A DNA stretch of 64,000 nt from Pedosphaera sp. (GTDB lineage Bacteria; Verrucomicrobiota; Verrucomicrobiia; Limisphaerales; UBA9464): assembly GCA_009695205.1 (NCBI GenBank), contig SIBK01000009.1, forward strand, positions 4,964 through 68,963, in the 5' to 3' direction. Position 1 is the first letter of the stretch; each line of letters begins with the position of its first letter. A program made the position numbers and the translations under genes. This document shows positions 7,609 through 18,765 of the stretch, piece after piece. A model generated the notes under the pieces. The model saw only the letters and a list, made by a program, of their open reading frames with translations, made no database searches and was not told the DNA's origin.

Positions 7609-10600
7609 GATTTCAACGACTACAGATCCCGGCCTTCGGACCTTTTACAAACCTGGATCTCCAGTTCCCGAATTCACCGGGAGATCTCCACATAATTTAC
7701 GGTGCCAATGAGGCGGGCAAGAGCTCGTTGCTCCGGGCTATCCGAGATCTGCTCTTCGGCATTCATAGCCAGTCCGCCGACAACTTCCTCCATGGCTACG
7801 CCGAGCTAAGAATCAAAGGTGAAATCCGCAACCGGGCCGGAGGACACTTGGTTTTTCAACGGCGCAAAGGGAACAAGAATACCTTGCTGGACGCGGAGGG
7901 CCAACCGTTGCCGGACGGCGCCCTGGTTCCATTTCTCGGAAGTGTGGATGCGTCCTACTTTTCGGCCATGTTCGGCCTGGGCTCCCGGGAACTTCACGAA
8001 GGAGCTCAGCAACTTCTCCGCGGCGAGGGAGACCTTGGCAATGCGCTTTTCTCAGCCAGCCTGGGTGGAACGCCCGTCCAAAAAGTCGTTGAGGCGCTTG
8101 AACAGGAAGCCGAGTTCCTCTTTAAAGGCCGCGCGACATCCAACGTGTCAATCCGCCCGGCATCCAATCGCTACAGGGAACTGCTCAAGCAAAGCCGCGA
8201 TGCCACGGTCAACCCGGAGGCATGGGATACGATCGAAAAGGATCTGGCTGAGGCGGAGGGGGCAAAGAAGCACCTCGAAGAAGAAATCTCTAAACGGGAG
8301 CGGGAGCTTCAATGGATTTCGCGCTGCGAAGACGCACTGCCCACGGTCGGTCGCCTGATTGAAGAGAGGCAAAAGATCGCACAGCTTCCGCCCTTGCCGG
8401 AACTCGCCAGCGATTTCAGACCCCGAGCGCAGGCTTCCCGAAAAACGGTCAGTGAAGCCCAGACCGAAGTGCAGCGCCTGACCGCTCAAATCGGAAAACT
8501 CCAAACCCAACTCCTTAGTTGTCAGATCGCCCCGTCCGTGCTGGCCGAAGCGGCGAGGGTGGATCAGTTGCATCAGGATCTGGGGGCCTATAAGGATCGT
8601 AAGAAATCCCTGGCCGATTTGCGCGCCACGCTCGGGGAACTCGATCCACTGATGCGTGCCGGCATGCACAACCTGGAGCTAAAGGGTGAATTCACATCGC
8701 TGGAAAACCACCGTCTTAGCCGCCCGATTCAACTTGCCTGCGAAGCCGCCGCCGCCGCGCTGAAGGTCGCCCTGGCCGAACACGCCGCGAACTCCGGCAA
8801 GGCTGAAGACCTGACAAATCAGATCCGCGCGCAGGAAATTCAGGCCCAGGCTCTTCCGGAAACGGACTTGACCGATCTCCGCGAAGCGTTGGCTGTTGCC
8901 GCAGAGGCCACGGAGGCGGACCGGAGTTTTTCCACCAGCGAATCCGAGGTCCAACGCATGACCCGGGAGACAGCGGACTCGCATCGCCAGCTTGTGGGCG
9001 CTCCTAGTGGCTTGGAGGCGACCGTCGGTCTTCCCGTCCCGGCCCTCGCGACCCTTCGCCGCTATCAAGAGCGGATGGAAGGGATCCGGCGCGACATCGA
9101 GAACGAGAAGGAAAAACTTCTCGAAGCGAATAAACGCGCAGGAGCGATTCAAGCCGAGCTAAGTCGACAGCAACGCAAGGGAGAATTGCCGTCAGAAGAG
9201 GCGCTGCTCAAGGCTAGGAAACATCGGGATTATGGTTGGAGTTTGGTGCTGGCTGAGTGGAAAGGAGACGGCGCCAAGGAGGATCTGGTTCCGGGGTTGC
9301 CGTTGGAGGAGGTCTTCCCTCAAACAATCGCAAACGCGGACGGGATTGCAGATCGGTTGCGATTTCAAGCCGAGGCCGTCGCTAAAGCGGAAGAGAAACG
9401 ATTTCAACTAGGCGAAACGGAAGCACAAATCGGCGCGGTCCAACGAAAAATCCTCGAGCTACAGGGCGCCTTGGATGAGTGCGACAAATCCTGGCAAACC
9501 GAGTGGTTTGCCTGCGGGATCACACCCCGTTCACCTCTTGAAATGGAAGAATGGCGCGATGATTGGAGTGAGTTCCGCGAGCGACTCGGGAAACTAAGAA
9601 CCGCACAGGAATCCCTCCAAGAGAAACGTCACCAGATCCAGCAGGCCAAGTGTCGGCTTGCCTCGGTTCTCCAGCAGTCCGAACAAAAGGAATTTTCACT
9701 TTTGTTTGCCTCGGCTCGGAAACTTGTCCAGGACGGCGAACAAGCGGCCGGTCGGCGCATCGAGATGGCCAATCAACTTGGAGCATTGGAGATTGAACTA
9801 GCCAAGTTTGACCAAAGCCGTGCTCGGCTTGCTGCTGCGGTCGACACCTCAGTCGCTGAATGGAAATCCAAGAGCGCGGCGGTCGGTTTACCGGAAGGCA
9901 CTTCTCCCGATGCGGGTCTGATCCTCTTGCGAGAACGAAAGGATCTTCTCGCCAAATTCGATGAATGGAGGGAGTTATCCAATAAATTTCAATTGGCTGC
10001 CGATGCGATTGCCAAATTCGAGCAGACCGTCGGTGAGATAGCCGTCGCTTTAGGCCTTAAGGGCGACTCGACCGAAGCCATCGAGTCCGCTCTGTGGAGA
10101 GCGCTCACCGAAGCGCGCAAAGCTCAAGACCGACACGACCAGTTGGCCGAACAAATCGGACAGGCGAATGACGAGCAGGAGGATGCCACGTTACGCGCCA
10201 CTCAATCGGATCAAACCCTCAGAGAATTGATCCAGCTGGCCAGCATAAACACGATCGAGGAGCTGGAGGCTCTGCTGGCCCACCTCGAACTGCGTGACGC
10301 TGCGCAGGCTCGAATGGAAAACTTGCGTAATACCCTCAGCGGCCTCGCCCGCGGCCAGGCTGTGGACGAATTTGTCTCCCAGGTTCGTGCGGAGAACCCC
10401 GATGCTCTTGCGGAAAGAAAAGCGACCGCGGCACGCGAGAAAAGCGAAAAAGAATCCGCTTTCCCCGGGATCCGCGAAACGTTGTTCCGGATTGGGAATG
10501 AGAAAACAACTTTGGAGAAAGCTGGAGACGCGGCTGCCGATTTTCGCCAGCAGGCGGAGTCCTGTGCGGCTACATTGAAACAGGACGCGGCCCGCTTTCT

Positions 10601-11156
10601 GCGGCTTCGCCTAGCCACCCATCTTTTGCAAACCCAGATCGAGCGGTTCCGAAAGGAAAATCAAGGCCCGCTCCTCGAAAAGTCGGGCGATATTTTCCAG
10701 GCCATCACACGGGGCGCGTTCAGCGGGCTCGACGCGGAGTTCAATGCCGATGATCTCCCTGTCCTCGTCGGCGTCCGGCCAGACCGAACCAAGGTCCTTG
10801 TGGAAGGCTTGAGCGATGGTTCCCGTGATCAGCTATACCTCGCACTCCGGCTGGCGGCGCTCGATCGGTACCTTCAGGAGCATGAACCGATGCCTCTCAT
10901 TTTGGATGATCTCTTGATTACGTTCGACGACAGCCGCGCTAAAGCGATTCTCCCGCAGCTCAGCGCTCTGGCCAAACGCGCTCAGATCTTTGTGTTCACC
11001 CATCACGAACACCTCGTGGAACTCTGCCGGCAGACCTTGGGCGACGGCCAATTTCATCTCCACCGCCTGGGCCAAGCCGGCGGAGTGCTCGCCGCCAGTG
11101 GGCTCGGGACTCCTGATATCGCAGCGAGACGTTTTGCTGACTTGGAAAAAGCGTGA
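7605..11156 (+). CDS. SMC/Rad50-like AAA ATPase with long coiled coil (YhaN/SbcC/SbcE type)
   Basis: 1183-aa ORF. N-terminal Walker A is GANEAGKSSLLRAI. A ~900-aa Glu/Leu/Ala/Gln/Arg-rich coiled-coil region follows. The C-terminus has the ABC signature and Walker B (LSDGSRDQLYLALRLAAL...PLILDDLLITFDD). I saw no CxxC zinc hook. Confidence 0.8.
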   Translation: MRFQRLQIPAFGPFTNLDLQFPNSPGDLHIIYGANEAGKSSLLRAIRDLLFGIHSQSADNFLHGYAELRIKGEIRNRAGGHLVFQRRKGNKNTLLDAEGQPLPDGALVPFLGSVDASYFSAMFGLGSRELHEGAQQLLRGEGDLGNALFSASLGGTPVQKVVEALEQEAEFLFKGRATSNVSIRPASNRYRELLKQSRDATVNPEAWDTIEKDLAEAEGAKKHLEEEISKRERELQWISRCEDALPTVGRLIEERQKIAQLPPLPELASDFRPRAQASRKTVSEAQTEVQRLTAQIGKLQTQLLSCQIAPSVLAEAARVDQLHQDLGAYKDRKKSLADLRATLGELDPLMRAGMHNLELKGEFTSLENHRLSRPIQLACEAAAAALKVALAEHAANSGKAEDLTNQIRAQEIQAQALPETDLTDLREALAVAAEATEADRSFSTSESEVQRMTRETADSHRQLVGAPSGLEATVGLPVPALATLRRYQERMEGIRRDIENEKEKLLEANKRAGAIQAELSRQQRKGELPSEEALLKARKHRDYGWSLVLAEWKGDGAKEDLVPGLPLEEVFPQTIANADGIADRLRFQAEAVAKAEEKRFQLGETEAQIGAVQRKILELQGALDECDKSWQTEWFACGITPRSPLEMEEWRDDWSEFRERLGKLRTAQESLQEKRHQIQQAKCRLASVLQQSEQKEFSLLFASARKLVQDGEQAAGRRIEMANQLGALEIELAKFDQSRARLAAAVDTSVAEWKSKSAAVGLPEGTSPDAGLILLRERKDLLAKFDEWRELSNKFQLAADAIAKFEQTVGEIAVALGLKGDSTEAIESALWRALTEARKAQDRHDQLAEQIGQANDEQEDATLRATQSDQTLRELIQLASINTIEELEALLAHLELRDAAQARMENLRNTLSGLARGQAVDEFVSQVRAENPDALAERKATAAREKSEKESAFPGIRETLFRIGNEKTTLEKAGDAAADFRQQAESCAATLKQDAARFLRLRLATHLLQTQIERFRKENQGPLLEKSGDIFQAITRGAFSGLDAEFNADDLPVLVGVRPDRTKVLVEGLSDGSRDQLYLALRLAALDRYLQEHEPMPLILDDLLITFDDSRAKAILPQLSALAKRAQIFVFTHHEHLVELCRQTLGDGQFHLHRLGQAGGVLAASGLGTPDIAARRFADLEKA

Positions 11157-11295
11157 CCCCGTAGGCGCCTCACCCCTGCCCTCCCCACATCGGCTGTGGG
11201 GACTGGAGATCGGCCATTTTTCGGATTCCCAGGAATTTCACCAGGAGTGGGCTGTTTTCTGTTGCAAATTCGAGCGGTGACTTAAAATATATGCG

Positions 11296-12999
11296 ATGAA
11301 TATCAAGTACTTACAGATAATGTCCAAACTCATTTCCATCCCGTTTGCGGCTGTCTTGGCTGGCAGCATCCTCTGCGAGGCGGCGGACCGTTCTCAAGCC
11401 CGTTCGATGACCGTTACACGTTACGGCATCGTCGCAACGGAACAACCCCTCGCCTCGCAAGCCGGCGTTCAGATTCTTGCGAACGGTGGAAACGCGATCG
11501 ATGCGGCGGTGGCAGCGAATGCCGTGCTGGGTCTTACGGCACCGATGATGTGCGGTATTGGGGGTGATCTCTTTGCAATTATCTATGATTCGAAAAGCAA
11601 ACAACTATACGGACTGAACGCCAGTGGATGGGCTCCCGCCGGGCTCACGCCAGAGTTTCTCAGGATGCAGGGTTTCACCAACATGCCGCAGAAAGGGATT
11701 CATGCCATGACCGTTTCGGGATGTGTCGAGGGTTGGCAACAGCTGCTGGATCGCTTCGGAAGAAAGAAATTCTCCGAAGTGCTCGCGCCAGCAATACAGC
11801 TGGCGGAAGAAGGATTTCCTGTCACCGAGATGATCTCCGAGCACTGGGCGGGCGCGAAAGCGACCTTCCGAGAGGACCCCTCGGGACTCCGAACCTTTGC
11901 GCCAGACGGACACATTCCAAAGCTCGGGGAGATCTTCTGGAATCCTGATCTCGCCTGGTCCTACCGTCAGATTGCCAAGCGGGGTCGCAAGGCGTTTTAC
12001 GAAGGAGCCATCGCGAAGCGGATTCTCGAATGTTCGGCGAAACACGGCGGAACCCTCCAGCCCGATGATCTGCGCAAGTTCTCCGCCGAATGGGTCACGC
12101 CCATTTCCTCGAGCTATCATGGATGGACCGTTTACGAAATTCCTCCGAACGGGCAAGGCGTCGCCGCGCTGGGGATGTTGAACATGATGGAAAATTTTCC
12201 GATCAGCGACTACGGTCCTGCGTCCCCCTCCGCTCTCCACGTCGAAATCGAAGCTAAGAAGCTCGCCTATGCGGACATGCTCCGTTACGTCGCCGATCAA
12301 CGATTCGCGAAGACGCCGGTCGTCGGGATGTTATCGAAGGACTACGCCCGTGAGCGTTCAAAATTGATTGATCCGGATCGGGCCAACTGCCACGTCGAAG
12401 CAGGCAAACCTCTGGAGGCGGGAACCGACACAACGTATTTCTGCGCGGTCGATAAGGAGGGCAACATGATTTCGATCATCCAGAGCAACTATAGTGGGTT
12501 CGGCACTGGCCTTGTGGCGGACGGCACCGGGTTTTCGCTTCACAACCGAGGAGGGCTTTTCACGTTGGACCCGTCTCACCCAAACATCCTCGCCGGACGC
12601 AAACGCCCGCTGCACACGATCATTCCCGGGTTCATGACCCAGGGCGATGTCAAGATTGCATTCGGAATCATGGGCGGATTCAACCAAGCGCTCGCCCACG
12701 CCCAATTTGCGTCGAACATCGCGGATCATCGAATGAACATTCAGGCAGCCCTTGAAGCGCCCCGTTTCACCAAGACAACGTTCACCGGTTGCGATGTAAT
12801 GATTGAGTCTCGTGTGTCGGAAGCGACGCGTGCCGCGCTCACAGCCCGAGGCCATGAACTGAACGTCAAAGGGCCGTTCTCTCCGTCGATGGGAAGCGGA
12901 CAAGCCGTGCTGAGAAATTTTTCCACGAGAGTGAACTTCGGGGCAACCGATCCTAGGAACGATGGGCTCGCCATTCCAGAACCGACGCGCATTCATTGA
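11296..12999 (+). CDS. ggt: Gamma-glutamyltransferase
   Basis: 567-aa ORF with a signal peptide and GGT hallmarks (GGNAIDAAVA, GIGGDLFA). The autoprocessing Thr context is EAGTDTTYFCAVDKEGNMIS. C-terminal region contains GGFNQ... and PRNDG. Confidence 0.9.
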   Translation: MNIKYLQIMSKLISIPFAAVLAGSILCEAADRSQARSMTVTRYGIVATEQPLASQAGVQILANGGNAIDAAVAANAVLGLTAPMMCGIGGDLFAIIYDSKSKQLYGLNASGWAPAGLTPEFLRMQGFTNMPQKGIHAMTVSGCVEGWQQLLDRFGRKKFSEVLAPAIQLAEEGFPVTEMISEHWAGAKATFREDPSGLRTFAPDGHIPKLGEIFWNPDLAWSYRQIAKRGRKAFYEGAIAKRILECSAKHGGTLQPDDLRKFSAEWVTPISSSYHGWTVYEIPPNGQGVAALGMLNMMENFPISDYGPASPSALHVEIEAKKLAYADMLRYVADQRFAKTPVVGMLSKDYARERSKLIDPDRANCHVEAGKPLEAGTDTTYFCAVDKEGNMISIIQSNYSGFGTGLVADGTGFSLHNRGGLFTLDPSHPNILAGRKRPLHTIIPGFMTQGDVKIAFGIMGGFNQALAHAQFASNIADHRMNIQAALEAPRFTKTTFTGCDVMIESRVSEATRAALTARGHELNVKGPFSPSMGSGQAVLRNFSTRVNFGATDPRNDGLAIPEPTRIH

Positions 13000-13123
13000 G
13001 ACGGGTTTTCTTGCATCCGTGGATCCAAGCCCGCGATGAGGCCGTGGGGAAGAGTTCGAAGAGGACGTCTGAGCTTGGGTTTCAGAACGATCGGCCCAAC
13101 GTGAGCCTTGACGCTGATGCAAT

Positions 13124-13450
13124 GTGTTTCTCAATGGCTTATGGCTGAAATCGAGATTCCTCACCATGCCGAGAACCAGGATCAAGGAGTCGGGAGACCA
13201 GGCAAAAAGCCACGCCAAGATTGCCGAGGTGAAAAACGAGACGTTTGATCGCGCGGAGATTCTTCTCCAAATCGCGTTGGTACTCTGTTCGTTGACGCTC
13301 CGGACGGGATTCAAGTTGTTCACGCGTGTGGGGTTTGCGGCGGCGGCAGCCGGAATTGCTTTCGGGGTTTGGGCCTACACTCGAAATGACGTGCTGCAGG
13401 AGGCGGGGCACAAGCCTGCCGCCCCCGATCAAGCCGTGTCGACTCGATGA
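13124..13450 (+). CDS. DUF4337-like small membrane protein, possibly N-terminally truncated or frameshifted
   Basis: The C-terminal half resembles DUF4337 (ETFDRAEILLQIALVLCSLTLRT followed by a second hydrophobic segment). A DUF4337-like start, MAEIEIPHHAENQ, lies at ~13141 in another frame, which suggests an internal lesion. Confidence 0.35.
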   Translation: MFLNGLWLKSRFLTMPRTRIKESGDQAKSHAKIAEVKNETFDRAEILLQIALVLCSLTLRTGFKLFTRVGFAAAAAGIAFGVWAYTRNDVLQEAGHKPAAPDQAVSTR

Positions 13451-13558
13451 AACCACGTTGCCCAGCAACCGGTGTCAGATTGGTTGCAAATAAAACCACG
13501 CACTATGGCTGCGCTACCTCCGCCCTGCGGAAAGTAAAGTCGAGTTCCAGCGCTGCCA

Positions 13559-16500
13559 TCAATTATTCCCGCTCACTGTGGCCCTTTCCTGTTTCTTCGC
13601 TTTTTCTCGGGCGTCGATTTCGGCGAAGGAAGGGGCGCGCAGAAGCAGCACTGTACGCTGCTCGGTCACGCCGTTGATCACATTCACGACCAGGACGCTG
13701 CTGTCGGGAGGTAGCATGACAGAAGAAGGGAAGTACGGCGCAATCGGGAAGTTGAGGAGTTCCCGCGCAGGGATGGAGGACACATCCCACAACTTGAGGG
13801 CTTGGTCGGCGCTACCACTGGCCAAGAACCTACCATCGGGCGAGAACATTGCTGCAATGACCCCGCCCATTTGTCCCCGAAGGAGGTCGAGTTCCTTCCA
13901 TGAAGTCGTGTCCCAGAGGCGGATGGTGTTGTCTTCGCTGGCGGCCGCCATGTGCCTGCCGTCCGGCGAGAATTTCAACGAGCGGATTCCCCCAGTATGC
14001 GCCTTCAGGCGGGTCACATTCGTTCGTGCCTCGAGATTTCTAAGCGTGATGCTGTGATCCTCCATTCCAGCCGCCAACAATGTTTCGTCCGGTGAGAACT
14101 CCCAGCCCCACGAGGTGTCGTCAAACCGGCCGGGTGGCAGGCCGGTGGCGAGGTTCAAGACGGTGACGTGCGAATTCCACTTTCCGTCCACGACCTGCCC
14201 GGTATTAGCGAGAAGCTAACGATCCTTCCGCGAGAACTTCAGAACACGGACTGCGGCTCCGGCGACTTGATGTGTGCCGATGCGCTGTCGTGTCGCGAGA
14301 TTCCATAGCTCCACCGTACCGTTCGTGGAGCCCGCCGCCAACGTCTTGCCGTCCGAAGAAACAGTGACTGCCGCGGATTGATTCGTGCTCAAGCCAAGAT
14401 CGATCCCTCGGAGCTTCTGCCTCGATAGAATGTCCCAATCACTGAGCGTTCAGTCCATGTTCAGAGTCAGCAGTCTATTTCCATCTTCGGAAAATCTTAA
14501 CGCCTGTTGCACCTCGGTGAGCACATATTCGTTTGCTCTCGGGGTTCCGCTCCAGAACTGGGTTGTTCCATCTTTGCCTCCAGACACGAGTGACTGTCCA
14601 TCAGGTGAGAAAGGCACCGCCCAGACTTCGTGCAGGTGTCCCTGCAGTGTGGCCATTTTCCGTAATTCGGGATTGCTTTGCAGCGTGCCCGTCACCGCGG
14701 CTTGTGGATTGAGCGCGGCAATATCCCAGAAATAAATCTTCTGGTCGCCACCACCTGTCACCAGGGTCTTGCCGTCTGGAGAGAAGGCGAGAGCGAAGAG
14801 AAACGTGGGATGCGCTTTGAAGCTCACCACTTCTTGATTTGTTTCGATGTCCCAGATTTTCAGGTAACCGTTCCAACTGCCTGCGGCCAGCCAGTGCGAC
14901 GACCAGGCCAGTGACGCGAGGCCGTCGAGTTTGCCCCTGAACCTTCCGATCCGAGAATGCAATTGCGTATCCCACAACTAAATTCCGTCGTTGTTCACCA
15001 CTGCCAAGGACTTGCCATCCGGCGAGTAGGCCAACCGATCGACCTTAACGAAATCCAGTGATCGCAATCTTTCCCGGCCGGTAGCCACGTCCCAAAAGAT
15101 CAGCTCCCCGTGGAAGGAAATTGCCAGAGTCTGGCCATCGGGAGAGAATGCCAATGCGGACACATCAGGGACAAGCACCTCTCCGCCAGCCTGTGTGACA
15201 ATTGCCAATCACTGGTCCGCCAAAGGTTCACCGCCCCCTTATCCGCCGTAGCCAGGAGTCTTCCGTCCGGAGAAAAAGCCAGGATCTGAGAGCCGATTTG
15301 CCCAAAATGCCCCTTCAACCGGGTCAGCACTCGCTTGGTGGATGCGTCCAGGATGGTGACTTTGTTATCGAAGCTGGCCAGCGCGACGAGCCGTCCGTCC
15401 GGAGAGAACTTCGCTGCGCTCACCGTGTAGTCGTTGTCCACGCCGAGGTCATTGAAGTGAAGCGTGTACGTCTCGTCGCCCTGACAAAGCTTCCAGAGAT
15501 AACGCGATTCCGGCTCGCGCAGGTCTTTTTTCTGGCTTGAAATACTCGTTCAGCTTATCGAGAGCCCGGCCCAAGTTGTTTTCCTGGAGCGCTTGCTGGA
15601 CCGCGCCCATGTCGGCGAGGTAAAGACTTTTGCGAAGCGCTTTGGCCGAGTCCTCAGCGCGCTGGCGTTGCTGCTCGGTCTGCTGGGCGTGGCGGCTGGC
15701 GCTGGCCGCGTTGCGGTCGGCACGGTCGGCTTGCTTGAAGGCGTATAGCGCCAGGAACATGACGCCCGTGACGATGAGTAGCGCGAAACTTGCCGTGCGG
15801 ATCATTCCACGCCGAAACGCAGCCTTCTCGCGCGCCGCCAACTCGGCTTGTTGTTTGGCAATTGCCGCTTGGCGGTCTTGCAGCGCGCGCAGATTCTTCG
15901 CCAATTGACCTGCGCCCGCAAAACGGTCTTGTGGATTCCCAGCGAAGCAATGTTGTAAATCGTCACGCAGTAATCCGTCGGCAATATCTGCGGCCCAATC
16001 CGTCGTGACGGGTTTGGAACAATCTCCGGCCAGCAACTGATAAAGCACGACGCCCAGCGAATAAATGTCTGAGCGTGTCGAGGCGGGCTTGCCGGCCAGA
16101 AGTTCCGGCGCCATGTACATCTGCGAACCGGTCTGCGAGGAGGATGAACTCGCCACGAGGGTTTCGGTGAAGGCGGCTTTGGTCACGCCTTTCAAGGCTT
16201 CTGCCGAGACGACCTGGCCGATGCCAAAGTCGGTGAGCTTGGCGCGTAGGACAGACGTCGCGCCTATCGCTGATTGAAGGGTTGGCAACGGAACCGCCAC
16301 GTCAATTGCCGAAGTGTCCGTTGCGTTTTGCGTGGGTGAAGAATGCGACAGGCGCGACTCCTGTCCCACGAGAATATTTCCCGGTTTCACATCGCGGTGG
16401 ATCACGCCGGCGTCGTGCGCGGACTGCAATGCATCCGCGATTTGCGCGACGATTTCCAACTTCGTCTCCAACGCCACCTTGCCCGCGCCGCCTTGCTGCT

Positions 16501-17486
16501 CGCACCACGCTTTCAAGTCCTGACCGTCGACGTGGTCCATGACCACATAGAACGGCGGCTCCTCGAAATACACTTCGCGAATCGCCACGATGTTCGGATG
16601 ATCGCCGATCCGCTCCTTGATCAGGCGGAACAAGGTCATTTCGCGTTTCAACGATCGCACGCGGTCCGCGAGGAAACAAAACTTGAACACCCGCCGCTCC
16701 TTCATCGTCTGGTGCCGCCCCAGCCAGACTTCCCTGAAGCCGCCTTCGCCCAGTTTCTTTTCGAGCACCCATTGCATGTTCGGCACGCGCTGATCGAGCG
16801 CTGGCCGCCAGCCAAGGACCGGTTCCCCGTCCGCCGAGACCTTGCGCTGCGCTTTAGTCGCATCCGTCGGTGGCTTCAGCGAGGCCATTCCGGCTTCACC
16901 AACTTCACAAATCTCCAGCGGCTCTTCCACCCCTTTGAGGACATAGGCGCCGTGATTAAGCCATTGCAATTCATTCACTCCGCCCAACTCTTCGCCCTTA
17001 AGCACCTGCCGCGCATTGTCGAACGCCGCGCGCGTCAGCAGAATTTGATCGCCGTCCGCGAGCGACATCACGCGCGCCGTAAAGATCCCGGGGCTTGGGC
17101 GCGCCTTCCCGTTCTTCGATCACGACTTCGCCAATGTGGATGCCGATGCGATCCTGAATCGCCGCCGCCGCCGTCTGCGGCAGCGCCCGTAAGCGCGCCT
17201 GCAATTGCAACGCAAACCGCGCGGTATCGGACGGTTTGACGAACACGATGAAAAACGAATCACCGGCGGTGTTGATCTCCTGCGCTTCCGTGAAGTGCCC
17301 GAGAATTTCCCGCAACAATGCGTGATGATGCTGAATGACTGCGACGCCTTCGCGGTCGCCGAGCGTCTGCTTCAGACGCGTCGAGCCGACGAGGTCGGAG
17401 AACACCAGCGTTACCAACCCCGTCCGGTGGCGGCGGCGGAATTCCTCCACGTGCGCGCGGTGCTTCAATGCGATCTGCGCATCCAT
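13559..17486 (-). pseudogene. Cyclase domain - Ser/Thr protein kinase - TM - WD40 repeat protein, multiply disrupted
   Basis: One minus-strand gene is split over ORFs 16998-17528, 15449-17071, 15100-15441, 14978-15208, 14450-14977 and 13559-14191. Domains: class III cyclase (HRTGLVTLVFSDLVGST, GIHIGEVV), kinase (HRDVKPGNILV, DFG, APE; the P-loop reads GEGGFR), a TM helix, then WD40 repeats (FSPDG...LWD). Lesions found by manual translation: deletion plus frameshift at ~17060-17075; frameshift in the T6 run 15526-15531; frameshift at ~15205-15215; in-frame TAG 14978-14980; TGA 14450-14452; TAG 14216-14218. Confidence 0.85.
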
Positions 17487-17687
17487 GTCAGCGCAAGCTA
17501 CTGCAACGCAAACGAAGTAAAAGCTCAAACCGGCTCAAACCGCGGGCTGCTGCGCAAATCTTGGATTGACGGGGTTTGCTGCGCCTGGAACCGGGTTCTC
17601 GCGCCCGAAAACGGCCCCAAGACCTCTCCAAACCTCCGATTTCGCCTCCGCTGTCCCCAAATGCCCCACTCGACGGGCTTGCCCCCT

Positions 17688-18365
17688 TACGAAAGCCCAT
17701 TGACAGAGCTAATTCAGTGCGCGGACTTTGCCCCAGGGAATCAATTGGGCCAACAAACCAAATCTCTCAAGCCGCCGAGAGCTACTTTTCAAGTGCATGA
17801 CAACAACGACGTGCTGCCGCTCAATGAGTGGTTCTGCAACGATCGGATCAACTGCGCCAATGAAAAGGACACCTGGCTGGTCGGCAATGCTTTCACCGAG
17901 ACCAGTCCGACCAACATCCAGCGCGGCGTGCTTTATCAATACAACCAGTCCACGGGCATTTACCGCTGCCCCGGTGACCGCGCCACCGTCCGCGACCTGG
18001 GCAAACAGCTTCGCCTCTGGAACTATTCGATGAACTCCTACATGCACAACCGCACGAATCCCCATTATGACTTCTCCTACAGAAAAGCGCCTGCCATCCG
18101 GAACCCAACCAGTATCTTTGTCTTCGTTCACGAGCACGCTGGAACGATCGCGGAAGCCAATTTTGCCACCACGCAACCGGGAGACTGGTACTGGCAGAAT
18201 TTTCCCGCGACGCTCCACAAGAATGGCGACAACTTCTCCTTCGCTGATGGCCACGTGGATTATTGGAAATGGGTTGAACCGAACACTCTGAAGCTTTCCC
18301 AAAGGAAAGATTGGTTTATCGGATCCGACGCTGCAAAGAACGACCGCGACCTGCAGCGCATGTGA
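17688..18365 (+). pseudogene. Prepilin-type / H-X9-DG-like protein lacking its N-terminal leader and hydrophobic helix
   Basis: The C-terminal ~220 codons of ORF 17205-18365 match the Verrucomicrobia/Planctomycetes pseudopilin-like family (HDNNDVLPLNEW, GIYRCPGDRATV, NYSMNSYM, NFSFADGHVDYWKW). The expected MK..GFTLIELLVVIAII leader is reduced to PLTELIQCADFA, with no in-frame start. The upstream part of the ORF is antisense to the cyclase domain. Confidence 0.65.
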
Positions 18366-18765
18366 CGGGCGGTGCCGAACGTGAGCGAGGAACTCAAGTG
18401 CTGAACCTTTCCGCCATCATGTCGCGTGGCAACCGCCAGAAGTCCGTGGCGGCCCCAATCCCAGTGCCGGTCCATCAATTCCGCCCAGCGTCGCCCCTGA
18501 ATCTTTTCCGGAGCCTCGACCATGGCCTTCCACGTTGGTCGCGTCATTCCCGCACCCCGGTGTACGGTCGCCGGACCCCTCGATTCGCCCCGAACCCGCT
18601 TCAACAGCCTCGACATTCCCAATCGGTCAATAGTGCAGGTTTGACTCCATTGCTTTCTGCTTTTGCCGGAGGCTGTAATCCGCATCGGCCGAAAATGTCA
18701 TGAGAATTGTCGCTTGAATATGTTTCCTTCGCGGGGGATTACTTAGGGAATTAGGCACCCCCGCT

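Noticed and set aside
11183-11201. Hairpin CCCCACA-TCGGC-TGTGGGG after the YhaN-like gene as an intrinsic terminator
   Set aside because: The stem is not followed by a T-run, so support for a Rho-independent terminator is weak.
17205-17687. N-terminal 160 codons of ORF 17205-18365 as a genuine part of the pseudopilin-like protein
   Set aside because: This part is antisense to the well-supported cyclase domain of the minus-strand kinase gene and has no similarity to the prepilin leader region. Only the part from ~17688 onward resembles the family.
18260-18685. 141-aa minus-strand ORF (…RPTWKAMVEAPEKIQGRRWAELMDRHWDWGRHG…) as a possible mobile-element or regulatory gene fragment
   Set aside because: I cannot assign it to any family by eye. 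It overlaps the 3' end of the pseudopilin-like gene and has no obvious start context. I left it unannotated rather than guess.
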